Assembly: GCA_032128375.1 (NCBI GenBank)
Contig: JAQBGU010000008.1
Location: 1 to 45,396 of the forward strand
DNA: 45,396 nt
Reading direction: 5' to 3'
Origin: Deltaproteobacteria bacterium
GTDB taxonomy: Bacteria > Myxococcota_A > UBA9160 > SMWR01
Shown piece by piece: positions 27,618 through 36,470 of the stretch; the first letter of the stretch is position 1; the number at the start of each line of letters is the position of its first letter. The notes below the pieces were generated by a model. It made no database searches. It saw only the letters and a program-made list of their open reading frames with translations, and was not told the origin of the DNA. Position numbers and translations under genes: made by a program.

Positions 27618-29005
27618 GTAACATGCGATCCTTTACGCCCCGAGAGGTGGTTTCCGAACTCGACCACTACATTGTTGGCCAGAACGAGGCGAAGCGTGCG
27701 GTCGCCATTGCGCTGCGCAACCGCTGGCGTCGGCAGCAGGTCCCCGAGGACCTGCGCGATGAGATTGCACCCAAGAATATCATCATGATCGGGCCGACCG
27801 GTGTCGGGAAGACGGAAGTCGCGCGCCGTCTGGCAAAGCTCGCACAAGCTCCGTTCATCAAGGTCGAGGCTTCGAAATTTACCGAGGTCGGCTACGTCGG
27901 TCGTGACGTGGAGTCGATGATTCGCGATCTGATGGAAACTGCGATGGGGCTGGTGCTGGAAGAAGAGAAGCGCACGGTACGCGCGAAGGCCGAGGAGATG
28001 GCTGAAGAGCGCCTGTTGGATGCGCTACTGCCGTCACGGGCGATAGCAGCTCCCATGCATCCGAACATGCCCGGCGTCGAGCATCCCACTACCGGACAAC
28101 CCGACGTGTCCCGAGACTCGGATACCCGCGAGAAACTCCGGAAAATGTTGCGCGCTGGGAATCTTGACGAGCGCCAAGTCGAAATCGAACTCGACGACGC
28201 GCGCGGTGCCAGCCAGACGCTGTCGATCTTCTCGGCCCAGGGCGTCGAAGAAATGGGAATGCAATTCAAGGATCTGTTGGGCGGCCTGATCCCGAAAAAG
28301 ACCAACATCCGGCGGATGACGGTCGCCGACGCTCGAGAGGCGTTGGCGTCCGAAGAAGCGGGCAACCTGGTGGACATGGATCGCGTCCGCGAGGTGGCGA
28401 TAGAACGGGTGGAGCAGACCGCGATCGTCTTCATCGATGAGATCGACAAGGTCGCCAGCGGCTCCGGGCAGACGACGAGTGCTGATGTCTCCCGCGAGGG
28501 CGTGCAGCGGGATCTGTTGCCCATCGTCGAGGGCTCGACCGTGCAAACGAAACACGGGCCGGTCAATACAGATCACATTCTATTCATCGCCGCCGGCGCG
28601 TTTCACTCGGCGAAACCATCCGATCTGATTCCCGAACTGCAGGGCCGTTTTCCAATCCGCGTCGAGCTTGCGAGTCTCACCCGGGAGGATTTCGTTCGGA
28701 TTCTCACCGAACCGCAAAACTCGCTGGTCCGGCAGTATACTGCGTTGCTTCGGACGGAGAACGTCGAGCTCGACTTCAGAGAAGACGGGATCCATGCGAT
28801 CGCGAGGTTCGCAGCGCTGGTCAACGAGCGAACCGAAAATATCGGCGCTCGCCGGCTGCATACGGTCATGGAGCGCATGCTGGACGAAGTGAGCTTCGAG
28901 GCACCGGATCTCGGACCGGTCCGAATTACCATTGACGAGAAGTTCGTTCGAGACCGGCTCGAGGAACTTACCGACGACGAAGATCTTTCGAGGTTCATTC
29001 TTTGA
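27614..29005 (+). CDS. hslU: ATP-dependent protease ATPase subunit HslU
   Basis: [22 protein letters not shown] pore loop, [24 protein letters not shown] and C-terminal DLSRFIL. Confidence 0.97.
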   Translation: MSNMRSFTPREVVSELDHYIVGQNEAKRAVAIALRNRWRRQQVPEDLRDEIAPKNIIMIGPTGVGKTEVARRLAKLAQAPFIKVEASKFTEVGYVGRDVESMIRDLMETAMGLVLEEEKRTVRAKAEEMAEERLLDALLPSRAIAAPMHPNMPGVEHPTTGQPDVSRDSDTREKLRKMLRAGNLDERQVEIELDDARGASQTLSIFSAQGVEEMGMQFKDLLGGLIPKKTNIRRMTVADAREALASEEAGNLVDMDRVREVAIERVEQTAIVFIDEIDKVASGSGQTTSADVSREGVQRDLLPIVEGSTVQTKHGPVNTDHILFIAAGAFHSAKPSDLIPELQGRFPIRVELASLTREDFVRILTEPQNSLVRQYTALLRTENVELDFREDGIHAIARFAALVNERTENIGARRLHTVMERMLDEVSFEAPDLGPVRITIDEKFVRDRLEELTDDEDLSRFIL

Positions 29006-30612
29006 TGTCAGTTCGAAGGCCCATGGAGGAAGCCGGACCGCGCGTACTCGTCGTTGATGACGAGAGGTTCTTTCGCGAGCAGATCTGCGATGCGCTCGCA
29101 GCTGCGTCGATCGAGTACGCGACGGCTACGACCGGGGAGGAAGCGCTGAGGGCTGGCCGTGCGATCGACGTCGGCGTGGTCGTGCTCGATATCAGCCTAC
29201 CAGGCGTCTCTGGCATCGAGGTGTTGGAGCAGCTACGCGGCGAACGGCCGATGCTGCGGGTGATCATCGTTTCTGCCCACACGGAACAGGATCTCATTCT
29301 GGTCGCTCTGCGACTGGGTGCATGCGATTACTTGGCTAAGCCGCTGCACGAGGAGGAGCTGGTTCTCGCAGTGCAGCGCGCGCGCACGAGTTACCAGCTG
29401 CAATCGAGAGGGGCGCTCTTGCGGGACCGCCTGGCTGCGCTGGAAAACCAGCTTACGAGCCTGGCGGAGTTCGATTCCGACCGAGATCCGGGTGTGACGA
29501 TCGAACAGCGAGCGGTAGATGCGGTGGCCGACGTGCTGGGCGCGTCGAAGACGTCGTTGATGTTGCTGGGAGATGACGGTCGTGAGCTGCGGGTCGTGGC
29601 AACCACTGGGCGCGATCTGCTGCCGAGCGATATGGACTCTGTCCCGATCGGCGAAGGCCTGGCCGGTGCAGCACTGGCCGTCGGGCAGGCGTTGTTGGTC
29701 GGCGACCTCAGTTCCGACGAGAGGTTCGGGGAGCGTGCAACCTCGCATCGATATCGCACCCGCTCGTTGGCGCTGGCTGTTGTGCCCGGTGCCAACGGGC
29801 CGCTCGGTGTGCTGTGTGCGACGGACCGGCTGGACGATGAGCGGTTTCGCGAAGACGATCTGAGTCTGCTTCGGATCCTCTCGCTCGCGATTGGCCCGGC
29901 GTTGGCTCGCGGCAACACAATGGCTGCCGCAAATCGCCGTCAGGCTGGCCTCGAGGCTGGAATCACTCCTACCGAAACTCCTGCAGCGCCCGATGTAACC
30001 TCTAGCGTACAAACAGGGGGAGAATCGGATGCCGAACTCGCTCGCCGCATCTGCGATGCGCTGACCACCGAAATCGAACCGGCGCGATTGATTGCCGCCG
30101 TGCTCCGCTCTGTGGCCGAATCGGTTCCTGCGGCACCGGTGTCGCTGTATCTGCTCGACGCGGCCGGGAATGAATTGCTGCTCGAGGCCCAGTGCGAGCT
30201 GGCCAGCCACGCCGACCCCGAACGGCTTCCCGCCAATCGGGGACTGACTGGTGCGGTGTGTCAGACCGGGCATCTGATTGCAACCGACGCGCCCGACAGT
30301 GACCCCCGATTCGACGCTCTTGTCGATACGCCGGAAGGGTCGCCGCCGCGGCCGCTGTTGTGCCTTCCACTGGTCTTGCGCAACAAGACGCTCGGAGTGG
30401 TCCGCGTGTTCCCGAACCGAGGGGTGAGCGCATCGGCACGCACCGGGGAAATTCTGACGGCCGCAATCTCGGCAGCAGTCCGCAATGTCCTCATGTACCG
30501 TTCCCTGCTCGAATCTGTCGACGAGGTCGCCAGCGCTCGACGCACTGCCAGACGCCAGGGTCAACACGAAACGCCACACCCAGCCTTTCGCCAAGACCAA
30601 CGCCCGAGCTGA
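29005..30612 (+). CDS. Response regulator with REC plus two GAF-like domains and no recognisable output domain
   Basis: REC (VLVVDDE...LDISLPG...KPL), coiled coil, GAF (SLMLL...IGEGLAG...LGVLCATD...F.EDD) and a second GAF (RGLTGAVCQTG...LCLPLV...LGVVRV). TGATG coupling to hslU. Confidence 0.8.
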   Translation: MSVRRPMEEAGPRVLVVDDERFFREQICDALAAASIEYATATTGEEALRAGRAIDVGVVVLDISLPGVSGIEVLEQLRGERPMLRVIIVSAHTEQDLILVALRLGACDYLAKPLHEEELVLAVQRARTSYQLQSRGALLRDRLAALENQLTSLAEFDSDRDPGVTIEQRAVDAVADVLGASKTSLMLLGDDGRELRVVATTGRDLLPSDMDSVPIGEGLAGAALAVGQALLVGDLSSDERFGERATSHRYRTRSLALAVVPGANGPLGVLCATDRLDDERFREDDLSLLRILSLAIGPALARGNTMAAANRRQAGLEAGITPTETPAAPDVTSSVQTGGESDAELARRICDALTTEIEPARLIAAVLRSVAESVPAAPVSLYLLDAAGNELLLEAQCELASHADPERLPANRGLTGAVCQTGHLIATDAPDSDPRFDALVDTPEGSPPRPLLCLPLVLRNKTLGVVRVFPNRGVSASARTGEILTAAISAAVRNVLMYRSLLESVDEVASARRTARRQGQHETPHPAFRQDQRPS

Positions 30613-30674
30613 ACGCAACAGCCGATCGGGTGCGCGACCAATCGAATTCCTGTGAACGAGAGTCATCAGGCACG

Positions 30675-31526
30675 ATGAAGACACTGATTGACAAAGCTGA
30701 GGTGCTGATTGAGGCGCTGCCGTACATTCGGCGCTTCGTCGACCAGACAGTCGTAATCAAGTACGGCGGCAGCGCGATGGCCGAACCCGAGCTGCAGGTT
30801 TCGTTCGCCGTCGATGTCGTGATGCTCAAGTATATCGGGCTTCGACCGGTAATCGTTCACGGCGGCGGGCCGCAGATCGGCGCAACGTTGTCGCGACTGG
30901 GGATCGAGTCGAGTTTCATCGACGGGCTGCGCGTCACCGACGATGAGACGATGGACGTCGTCGAGATGGTTCTCGGCGGGAAGGTGAACCGCGAGATCGT
31001 CGATCTCGTAGGCCGGGCGGGAGGACGAGCGATCGGTCTGACGGGAGGCGACGGTGGGATGATTCGAGTCACTCGCCGGATGGTTGCCGATCGAGACCTC
31101 GGTCGCGTCGGCCGGGTGGTTGCGGTTGATCCAGCAGCCATTGTCGCGGTGACTGAGTCGGGCTTCATTCCGGTGATCGCGCCGATCGGTATCGATGCCG
31201 ATGGGGTGACCCACAATGTCAACGCAGATGAGGCGGCCGGCGCGATCGCCCGCGCCTTGTCCGCAGAGAAGCTGATTCTGCTCACGGACGTCGAAGGTGT
31301 AAAGGACGCGAACGGCCAGCTCGTCTCGCAGCTTTCAACAGATGAAGCGCGCAAGCTCATCGCCGAAGGGACGATCCGCGACGGGATGATTCCCAAAGTC
31401 GGTTGCTGCATCGAAGCTCTGGAGAGCGGCGTTTCCAGTACGACGATCGTAGACGGACGGATCCTGCACGCTCTGCTGCTCGAGATCTTCACCGACGGAG
31501 GCGTCGGGACGCTGCTGACCCGCTGA
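30675..31526 (+). CDS. argB: Acetylglutamate kinase
   Basis: LIEALPYI, VIKYGGSAM, VHGGGPQI, GLRVTD, NVNADEAA, LTDVEG, GMIPKV and LLEIFTDGGVGT. Confidence 0.96.
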   Translation: MKTLIDKAEVLIEALPYIRRFVDQTVVIKYGGSAMAEPELQVSFAVDVVMLKYIGLRPVIVHGGGPQIGATLSRLGIESSFIDGLRVTDDETMDVVEMVLGGKVNREIVDLVGRAGGRAIGLTGGDGGMIRVTRRMVADRDLGRVGRVVAVDPAAIVAVTESGFIPVIAPIGIDADGVTHNVNADEAAGAIARALSAEKLILLTDVEGVKDANGQLVSQLSTDEARKLIAEGTIRDGMIPKVGCCIEALESGVSSTTIVDGRILHALLLEIFTDGGVGTLLTR

Positions 31527-31547
31527 TTGGATGCCCTGAAGCATTCC

Positions 31548-31590
31548 CGGGGACTTCATTCACAGGGACTTCGTACCAGGGATTTTCATG
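31548..31590. repeat. Three imperfect 14-15 bp direct repeats ending in the argF start codon
   Basis: CGGGGACTTCATTCA / CAGGGACTTCGTAC / CAGGGATTTTCATG. Confidence 0.6.
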
Positions 31591-32505
31591 CCCAAAGATT
31601 TCATCTCACTCAGTGACTGGTCGGCCGATGAGCTTCTCGCAATTCTCGATCGCGCTCGCGAGCTGAAAGATCTGCTGCACAACGGGGTGCGCCCCCAAAC
31701 GCTGCTGGGTCGTTCACTCGCGATGTTCTTCGAAAAGCCTTCGCTACGCACTCACGTGACTTTCGAGGCGGGGATCAGCCAGTTGGGCGGTCACCCGATC
31801 CTGCTTCGGCCAGAACAAGTAGGCATCGGGACCAGAGAGTCGCCGCGCGATGTGGCCGTCAACCTGTCTCTATGGGTCGACGGCATCGTTGCGAGAACCT
31901 TCAGCCACACGTTGATCGAAGAGATTGCGAGCGCCGCGACGATTCCGGTGATCAACGGGCTTACCGACTTGTTGCATCCGTGCCAGGTGATGGCGGACCT
32001 CCAGACGATTGCCGAACGCGTAGAACTTTCTCGTTCAGTCATCGCATACGTGGGCGACGGCAACAATATGGCCAATTCGCTGCTCTACGGCGCGGCGGTG
32101 CTGGGTCTCGATCTGCGAATCGCCACTCCACAGTCCCATCGCCCCGCCCATCGGGTCCAAAAGCGCGCCGACGAACTTGCGAGCCACAGCGGTGCGCGAC
32201 TTTTCTGGAGCGCAGATCCCGTCGAGGCCGTTCGCGGGGCGAACTTCGTATATACCGACGTTTGGACCAGCATGGGGCAGGAAAGCGAGCGAGATCAGCG
32301 GAGACAGCTGTTTCAGGACTATCAGTTGAACGCTGAACTGTTGGCGCATTCCGACCAGGCGTTCGTGATGCACTGTCTTCCCGCCCATCGCGGGGAAGAG
32401 ATTACAGACGAAATTCTCGATGGTTCTCGGAGCTTGATTCTCGACCAGGCCGAAAACCGGCTGCATGCGCAAAAGGCGGTACTCGAGCGTCTGCTCGGCG
32501 TTTGA
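31588..32505 (+). CDS. argF: Ornithine carbamoyltransferase
   Basis: FEKPSLRT, HPCQ, VGDGNN, YTDVWTSMG, MHCLPAHRG and QAENRLH. Confidence 0.96.
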   Translation: MPKDFISLSDWSADELLAILDRARELKDLLHNGVRPQTLLGRSLAMFFEKPSLRTHVTFEAGISQLGGHPILLRPEQVGIGTRESPRDVAVNLSLWVDGIVARTFSHTLIEEIASAATIPVINGLTDLLHPCQVMADLQTIAERVELSRSVIAYVGDGNNMANSLLYGAAVLGLDLRIATPQSHRPAHRVQKRADELASHSGARLFWSADPVEAVRGANFVYTDVWTSMGQESERDQRRQLFQDYQLNAELLAHSDQAFVMHCLPAHRGEEITDEILDGSRSLILDQAENRLHAQKAVLERLLGV

Positions 32506-32786
32506 ATCCAAAGGGGCTGACCCGAGGGGCAGGCGCTGGCCAAAGCATCCTCGGTGAAGCGGCGAGCCCGCAGCGTCCGGCGCGGCCGAATTTTCCCGCG
32601 GGGGGGGATGAAAGCCGTCGCCTGCGAGTTTCTCGCTGCGAGACGCGCCGCATCTATACGCAGCCAGGTTAGTCAGCGCGGCGTCCAACCGGTGCTTGTG
32701 CAGTTCGGCACATTTCTCAGCTTTTCCCAGCTCTGCACCGAAGAGTCACGGTGTCGCGGCCGGTTTGGGCCGCGCATGGGGGAGCC

Positions 32787-34007
32787 ATGCAACCAGGGGC
32801 AGAACAGTCCGCGCGAGAGCTGGGTATTCCCCAACTCGCTGAGGGTTGGGACCCCGTCAAAGCGTCCCTCAGTCCGACTGAGGGTTTCTTGCTGTCCAGA
32901 ATCGACGGTCACACGCCCTGGGTTCAGCTGCGTCAGATCTGCGGCATCCCGCCGCATGACGTAGACGAGTGTATTGAGCGTTGGCTGACCGAAGGCGTGG
33001 TCAAGTTGTCGGCTGTTCGCAACGGCGATCGGTCGCGGCCGAAGATCGATCCTGCTCTCGACATCGCAATCGAACTACAGCAGCAGATACTCGACTTCGA
33101 GGCTCGGCTCGGTCGCTCGTATTTCGAGCTACTCGACATTCCACGCGATGCAGATACCGAAGAAATCAAGCGGGCGTATTTCAGGCTCTCCAAGATCTTC
33201 CACCCGGATCGCTATTTCAGGCGCGAAATTGGTGAATACGCGCGATGCCTCGATCGGATCTTTCGCAAACTCGTCGAGGCCTACGAGCTATTGTCGGATC
33301 CGAACACCCGCAGCGAGATCGAACGTACGCTCGGGGCCCCTGTGCCCGCGCCTCCCCCATCGAGTGTGTCCGGGGAGTCTTCCGGCGCTCTCATCAAGAC
33401 CCCGAAGAAGCTCACCAAACGCGAGACGCTCGACCGGCTGCGCCGCCACTTCAAGATGCCTGAGAGCGTGATGGCAGAGCGTCGCTCGAGTGCTGCCCAG
33501 TTCTACAAGACCGCGATGATCGCAGTCCAGCGTGGCAAATGGCAAGAGTCGGCTCAGTGTGTGCGGCTCGCGATCGCATTCGATCCATGGAACGACGAAT
33601 ACCGCGCCGAGTTTGTCGAAATCCAAGTCAAATCGCACCAGCAGGGCGTCAACCAGTTGTTGGACGAGAACGCGAAAGGTTGGAACGAGAGCAACGTCGG
33701 GACAGCGTTGAAACTGCTCGAAGAAATTCTGGCGTATCGCCCAGCGGACAGCGCAGCCAACCACCAGGCCGCTGAGCTGGCGCTCGCAACTGGGGCAAAC
33801 GAGAAAGCGCTCGAATACGCTCGAGTAGCAAACGATCACTGCCCGGAGTCAGTGCCGATTCTTCTGACACTCGCGCGAGCGATGCGGCGCAGTGGCATGT
33901 GCGAAAAGGCGATTTCAATCCTGAAAACCGCCGCTGAACTCGATCCGAATCATTCCGAAGTAAGGGCCGAGTTGAACGAACTACGACGCGCACGCCGGCG
34001 TTCTTGA
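32787..34007 (+). CDS. J-domain (DnaJ-type) protein with N-terminal winged-helix-like domain and C-terminal TPRs
   Basis: N-terminal LSPTEGFLLSRIDG...GVV, J-domain YFELLDI...EIKRAYFRLSKIFHPD...EAYELLSD and TPR-like helices at the C-terminus. ATG 32787 with GGGGAG. Confidence 0.87.
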   Translation: MQPGAEQSARELGIPQLAEGWDPVKASLSPTEGFLLSRIDGHTPWVQLRQICGIPPHDVDECIERWLTEGVVKLSAVRNGDRSRPKIDPALDIAIELQQQILDFEARLGRSYFELLDIPRDADTEEIKRAYFRLSKIFHPDRYFRREIGEYARCLDRIFRKLVEAYELLSDPNTRSEIERTLGAPVPAPPPSSVSGESSGALIKTPKKLTKRETLDRLRRHFKMPESVMAERRSSAAQFYKTAMIAVQRGKWQESAQCVRLAIAFDPWNDEYRAEFVEIQVKSHQQGVNQLLDENAKGWNESNVGTALKLLEEILAYRPADSAANHQAAELALATGANEKALEYARVANDHCPESVPILLTLARAMRRSGMCEKAISILKTAAELDPNHSEVRAELNELRRARRRS

Positions 34008-34024
34008 TCCAAGGGGGGGGCACC

Positions 34025-35596
34025 ATGGGGACCGTGATTGGTATCGATCTGGGCACGACGAATTCTTGTGTGGCAATCGTCGACGGTGGCAAAACGGTCG
34101 TCATTCCGAACACAGGCGGCTACAAGACGACGCCTTCGATGTTCGCGATCTCACAGGACGGAAAGAGACTCGTGGGGCACCTGGCGAAGCGCCAGGCGAT
34201 CACCAACGCCAAGAATACGGTGTATGCCGCGAAACGGCTGATCGGCCGGCGCTTCGATTCGCCCGAAGTCCAGAAGGCGATGGAACTGTGCCCATTCACG
34301 ATCGTTCGCGGAGAAAACGATGACGCGCGGATCGAGATCGGAAACAAGGCCTTCACCTGTCCCGAGATCCTGGGCATCATCGTTCGCGAGATGAAGCGCG
34401 TGGCCGAGGAGTATCTCGGGGAGCCCGTCAATGAGGCGGTAATCACGGTTCCTGCCTACTTCAACGACTCGCAGCGCCAATCCACGAAGGACGCCGGTAA
34501 GATCGCGGGACTCGAAGTTCTGCGAATCATCAACGAGCCGACGGCTGCGGCGCTCTCGTACGGAATCGGAGAAGAGCGGAACGAGAAGATCGCCGTGTAC
34601 GACCTCGGCGGCGGAACTTTTGATATCTCGATCCTCGAGTTCGGCAAGGGCGTGGTTGAAGTTCTGGCCACCGCCGGGAACACCTTTCTAGGAGGAGAAG
34701 ATTTCGATCGCCGACTCGTCGAGTACGTGCTCAAGGAGTTCCAGGAGTCGGATGGGCTGGACTTGCACAACGACCTGATGGCGCTTCAGCGGCTCAAGGA
34801 CGCTGCGGAGAAGGCAAAGTGCGACCTGTCAACGCTCAATGTCACCGAAATCAACCTTCCGTTCATCGCGAACGATGTTTCCGGAGCACGCCACCTCAGT
34901 ATGGAGATCACCCGTGAGGTCCTGGAAGGCCTGGTTGGCGACATCGTTCATCGAACACTCGAAGCGGTCGAAAAGTGTGTCATCGACGCAGGACTGAGCC
35001 CGCAGGAGATCGATAATGTTGTGTTGGTTGGCGGGCAGACGCGGATGCCACTGATCCAGCGAGCGGTGGGCGACTTCTTCGGAAAGCGTCCGCACAAAGG
35101 CGTCAATCCAGACGAGGTCGTCGCAATGGGCGCAGCGATCCAGGGGGACATCCTGACGTCGGAAGGCGACAGCTTGTTGCTGCTCGACGTAACGCCGATG
35201 TCGCTGGGGATCGCGACCTTCGACGGAAAGTTCGCTCCGTTGATCGAAGGCAATACGCCGGTTCCCGCGCGCAAGTCTCGCATCTACACGACTACGCGAG
35301 AGAATCAATCCGCCGTCAAGATTCGGGTTCTTCAGGGTGAGAGCGAACAGGCAGACGAAAATCATTTGCTTGGTGAGTTCGTGCTGTCTGATATTCCGAA
35401 TGCCGGGTCCGGCGTACCGGAGATCGAAGTGGTGTTCAATATTGACTCCGATGGAATCGTCAACGTCGCTGCGCGGGACCTCGCGACCGAACGCGTGCAG
35501 AACATCACCGTGAACGCCGCCAGCACGCTCTCCGACGACGAAATTCAAAGCATCATCGCCGAGCATGCTTCGCACGATCTTCCGAGGGCGACCTGA
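34025..35596 (+). CDS. Hsp70/DnaK-family chaperone, C-terminally short (523 aa)
   Basis: [42 protein letters not shown], linker LLLLDVTP and a complete SBD-beta. Ends just after helix A. Confidence 0.93.
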   Translation: MGTVIGIDLGTTNSCVAIVDGGKTVVIPNTGGYKTTPSMFAISQDGKRLVGHLAKRQAITNAKNTVYAAKRLIGRRFDSPEVQKAMELCPFTIVRGENDDARIEIGNKAFTCPEILGIIVREMKRVAEEYLGEPVNEAVITVPAYFNDSQRQSTKDAGKIAGLEVLRIINEPTAAALSYGIGEERNEKIAVYDLGGGTFDISILEFGKGVVEVLATAGNTFLGGEDFDRRLVEYVLKEFQESDGLDLHNDLMALQRLKDAAEKAKCDLSTLNVTEINLPFIANDVSGARHLSMEITREVLEGLVGDIVHRTLEAVEKCVIDAGLSPQEIDNVVLVGGQTRMPLIQRAVGDFFGKRPHKGVNPDEVVAMGAAIQGDILTSEGDSLLLLDVTPMSLGIATFDGKFAPLIEGNTPVPARKSRIYTTTRENQSAVKIRVLQGESEQADENHLLGEFVLSDIPNAGSGVPEIEVVFNIDSDGIVNVAARDLATERVQNITVNAASTLSDDEIQSIIAEHASHDLPRAT

Positions 35597-35674
35597 GATG
35601 GGCGCGGTGTCTCGAAATAGCCAGAACGTCACGCTCGGCGCAGCGGTCGATCGCCATGCGGGCCGCGTACCCGG

Positions 35675-36205
35675 ATGAGTGAAGGGACGCCTCCCTCGCT
35701 TCTTGACTACATCGATGCCCCGGTCCTGGTCGGCGACCCGGATGGTTGCACGGTATATGTCAATCCGGCGTTCGAGGCTCACTTCGGCGTCGACGCGAGG
35801 AGGGTCCGCGGCCAAACATTGGCCGGACTGTTCGAAGGAGGCGCAAGAGAGGCAATTTTGCGCGCAGTAGCGGACGTCTGCAGTGGAGGCTGTAAAGTCC
35901 ATTTCCAGTTGCGCGATGGAGGCCGCGGCTATTCCGCGATCGCTTCGCCGATTTCCTCATCGGCCAGCAGTGTCGGTGTCATCATCCTTCTGACCGAACA
36001 GCAAGTGTCGAGCGATCGGCTCGCGACTTGTGGACGAGCCATGGCCGATCCGCTCGATGTCTTGACCCGCTGCCTGTCGGAGATCGCCGACGATCTCGGA
36101 GATCAATCCGACGACCCGCGGCGCGCAAACCTGGCCGATGCCGCCGAGGCGATCGACGAGCTGCGCAAGCGGGCCGACGAATTGGTTGGACTCCTCGCGA
36201 TCTGA
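35675..36205 (+). CDS. PAS-domain protein with C-terminal helical hairpin (degenerate HisKA-like)
   Basis: LLDYIDAPVLVGDPDG..VYVNPAFEAHFG....VRGQ PAS signature, then two amphipathic helices (RAMADPL...LRKRADELVGLL). Confidence 0.75.
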   Translation: MSEGTPPSLLDYIDAPVLVGDPDGCTVYVNPAFEAHFGVDARRVRGQTLAGLFEGGAREAILRAVADVCSGGCKVHFQLRDGGRGYSAIASPISSSASSVGVIILLTEQQVSSDRLATCGRAMADPLDVLTRCLSEIADDLGDQSDDPRRANLADAAEAIDELRKRADELVGLLAI

Positions 36206-36217
36206 CGGCGAAGCCTA

Positions 36218-36236
36218 CTGCGGTAATTTCCCGCAG
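36218..36236 (+). terminator. GC hairpin after the PAS gene (possible terminator, no clear U-tract)
   Basis: CTGCGG-TAATTTC-CCGCAG, 12 nt after the stop codon. Confidence 0.3.
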
Positions 36237-36470
36237 GGCAGAGCGAGTCAGCGGACGTCACCGAGGTCTACGACCCGAACACGGGGACGGCGGGCAACGG
36301 CTCCTGGGGTGTGCGGTTCACGAACTGGCTACACAACGGCCAGCCAACGGGCGCACAGGACAGCACGACGACGCAGGACGGGGCATACAGCTGATAGGCG
36401 GGACTCCGTCACCTAGCAACGGCCCAACTGTCACGCGCAACGCCACGCGACCAGCGGGCATGTGGGGCTG

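Noticed and set aside
29233..30684. Long antisense ORFs (also 10-1083, 18881-20002, 34829-35902) and the same-strand alternative-frame ORF 40095-41150
   Set aside because: They are shadows of well-supported genes in GC-rich DNA, with no motifs of their own.
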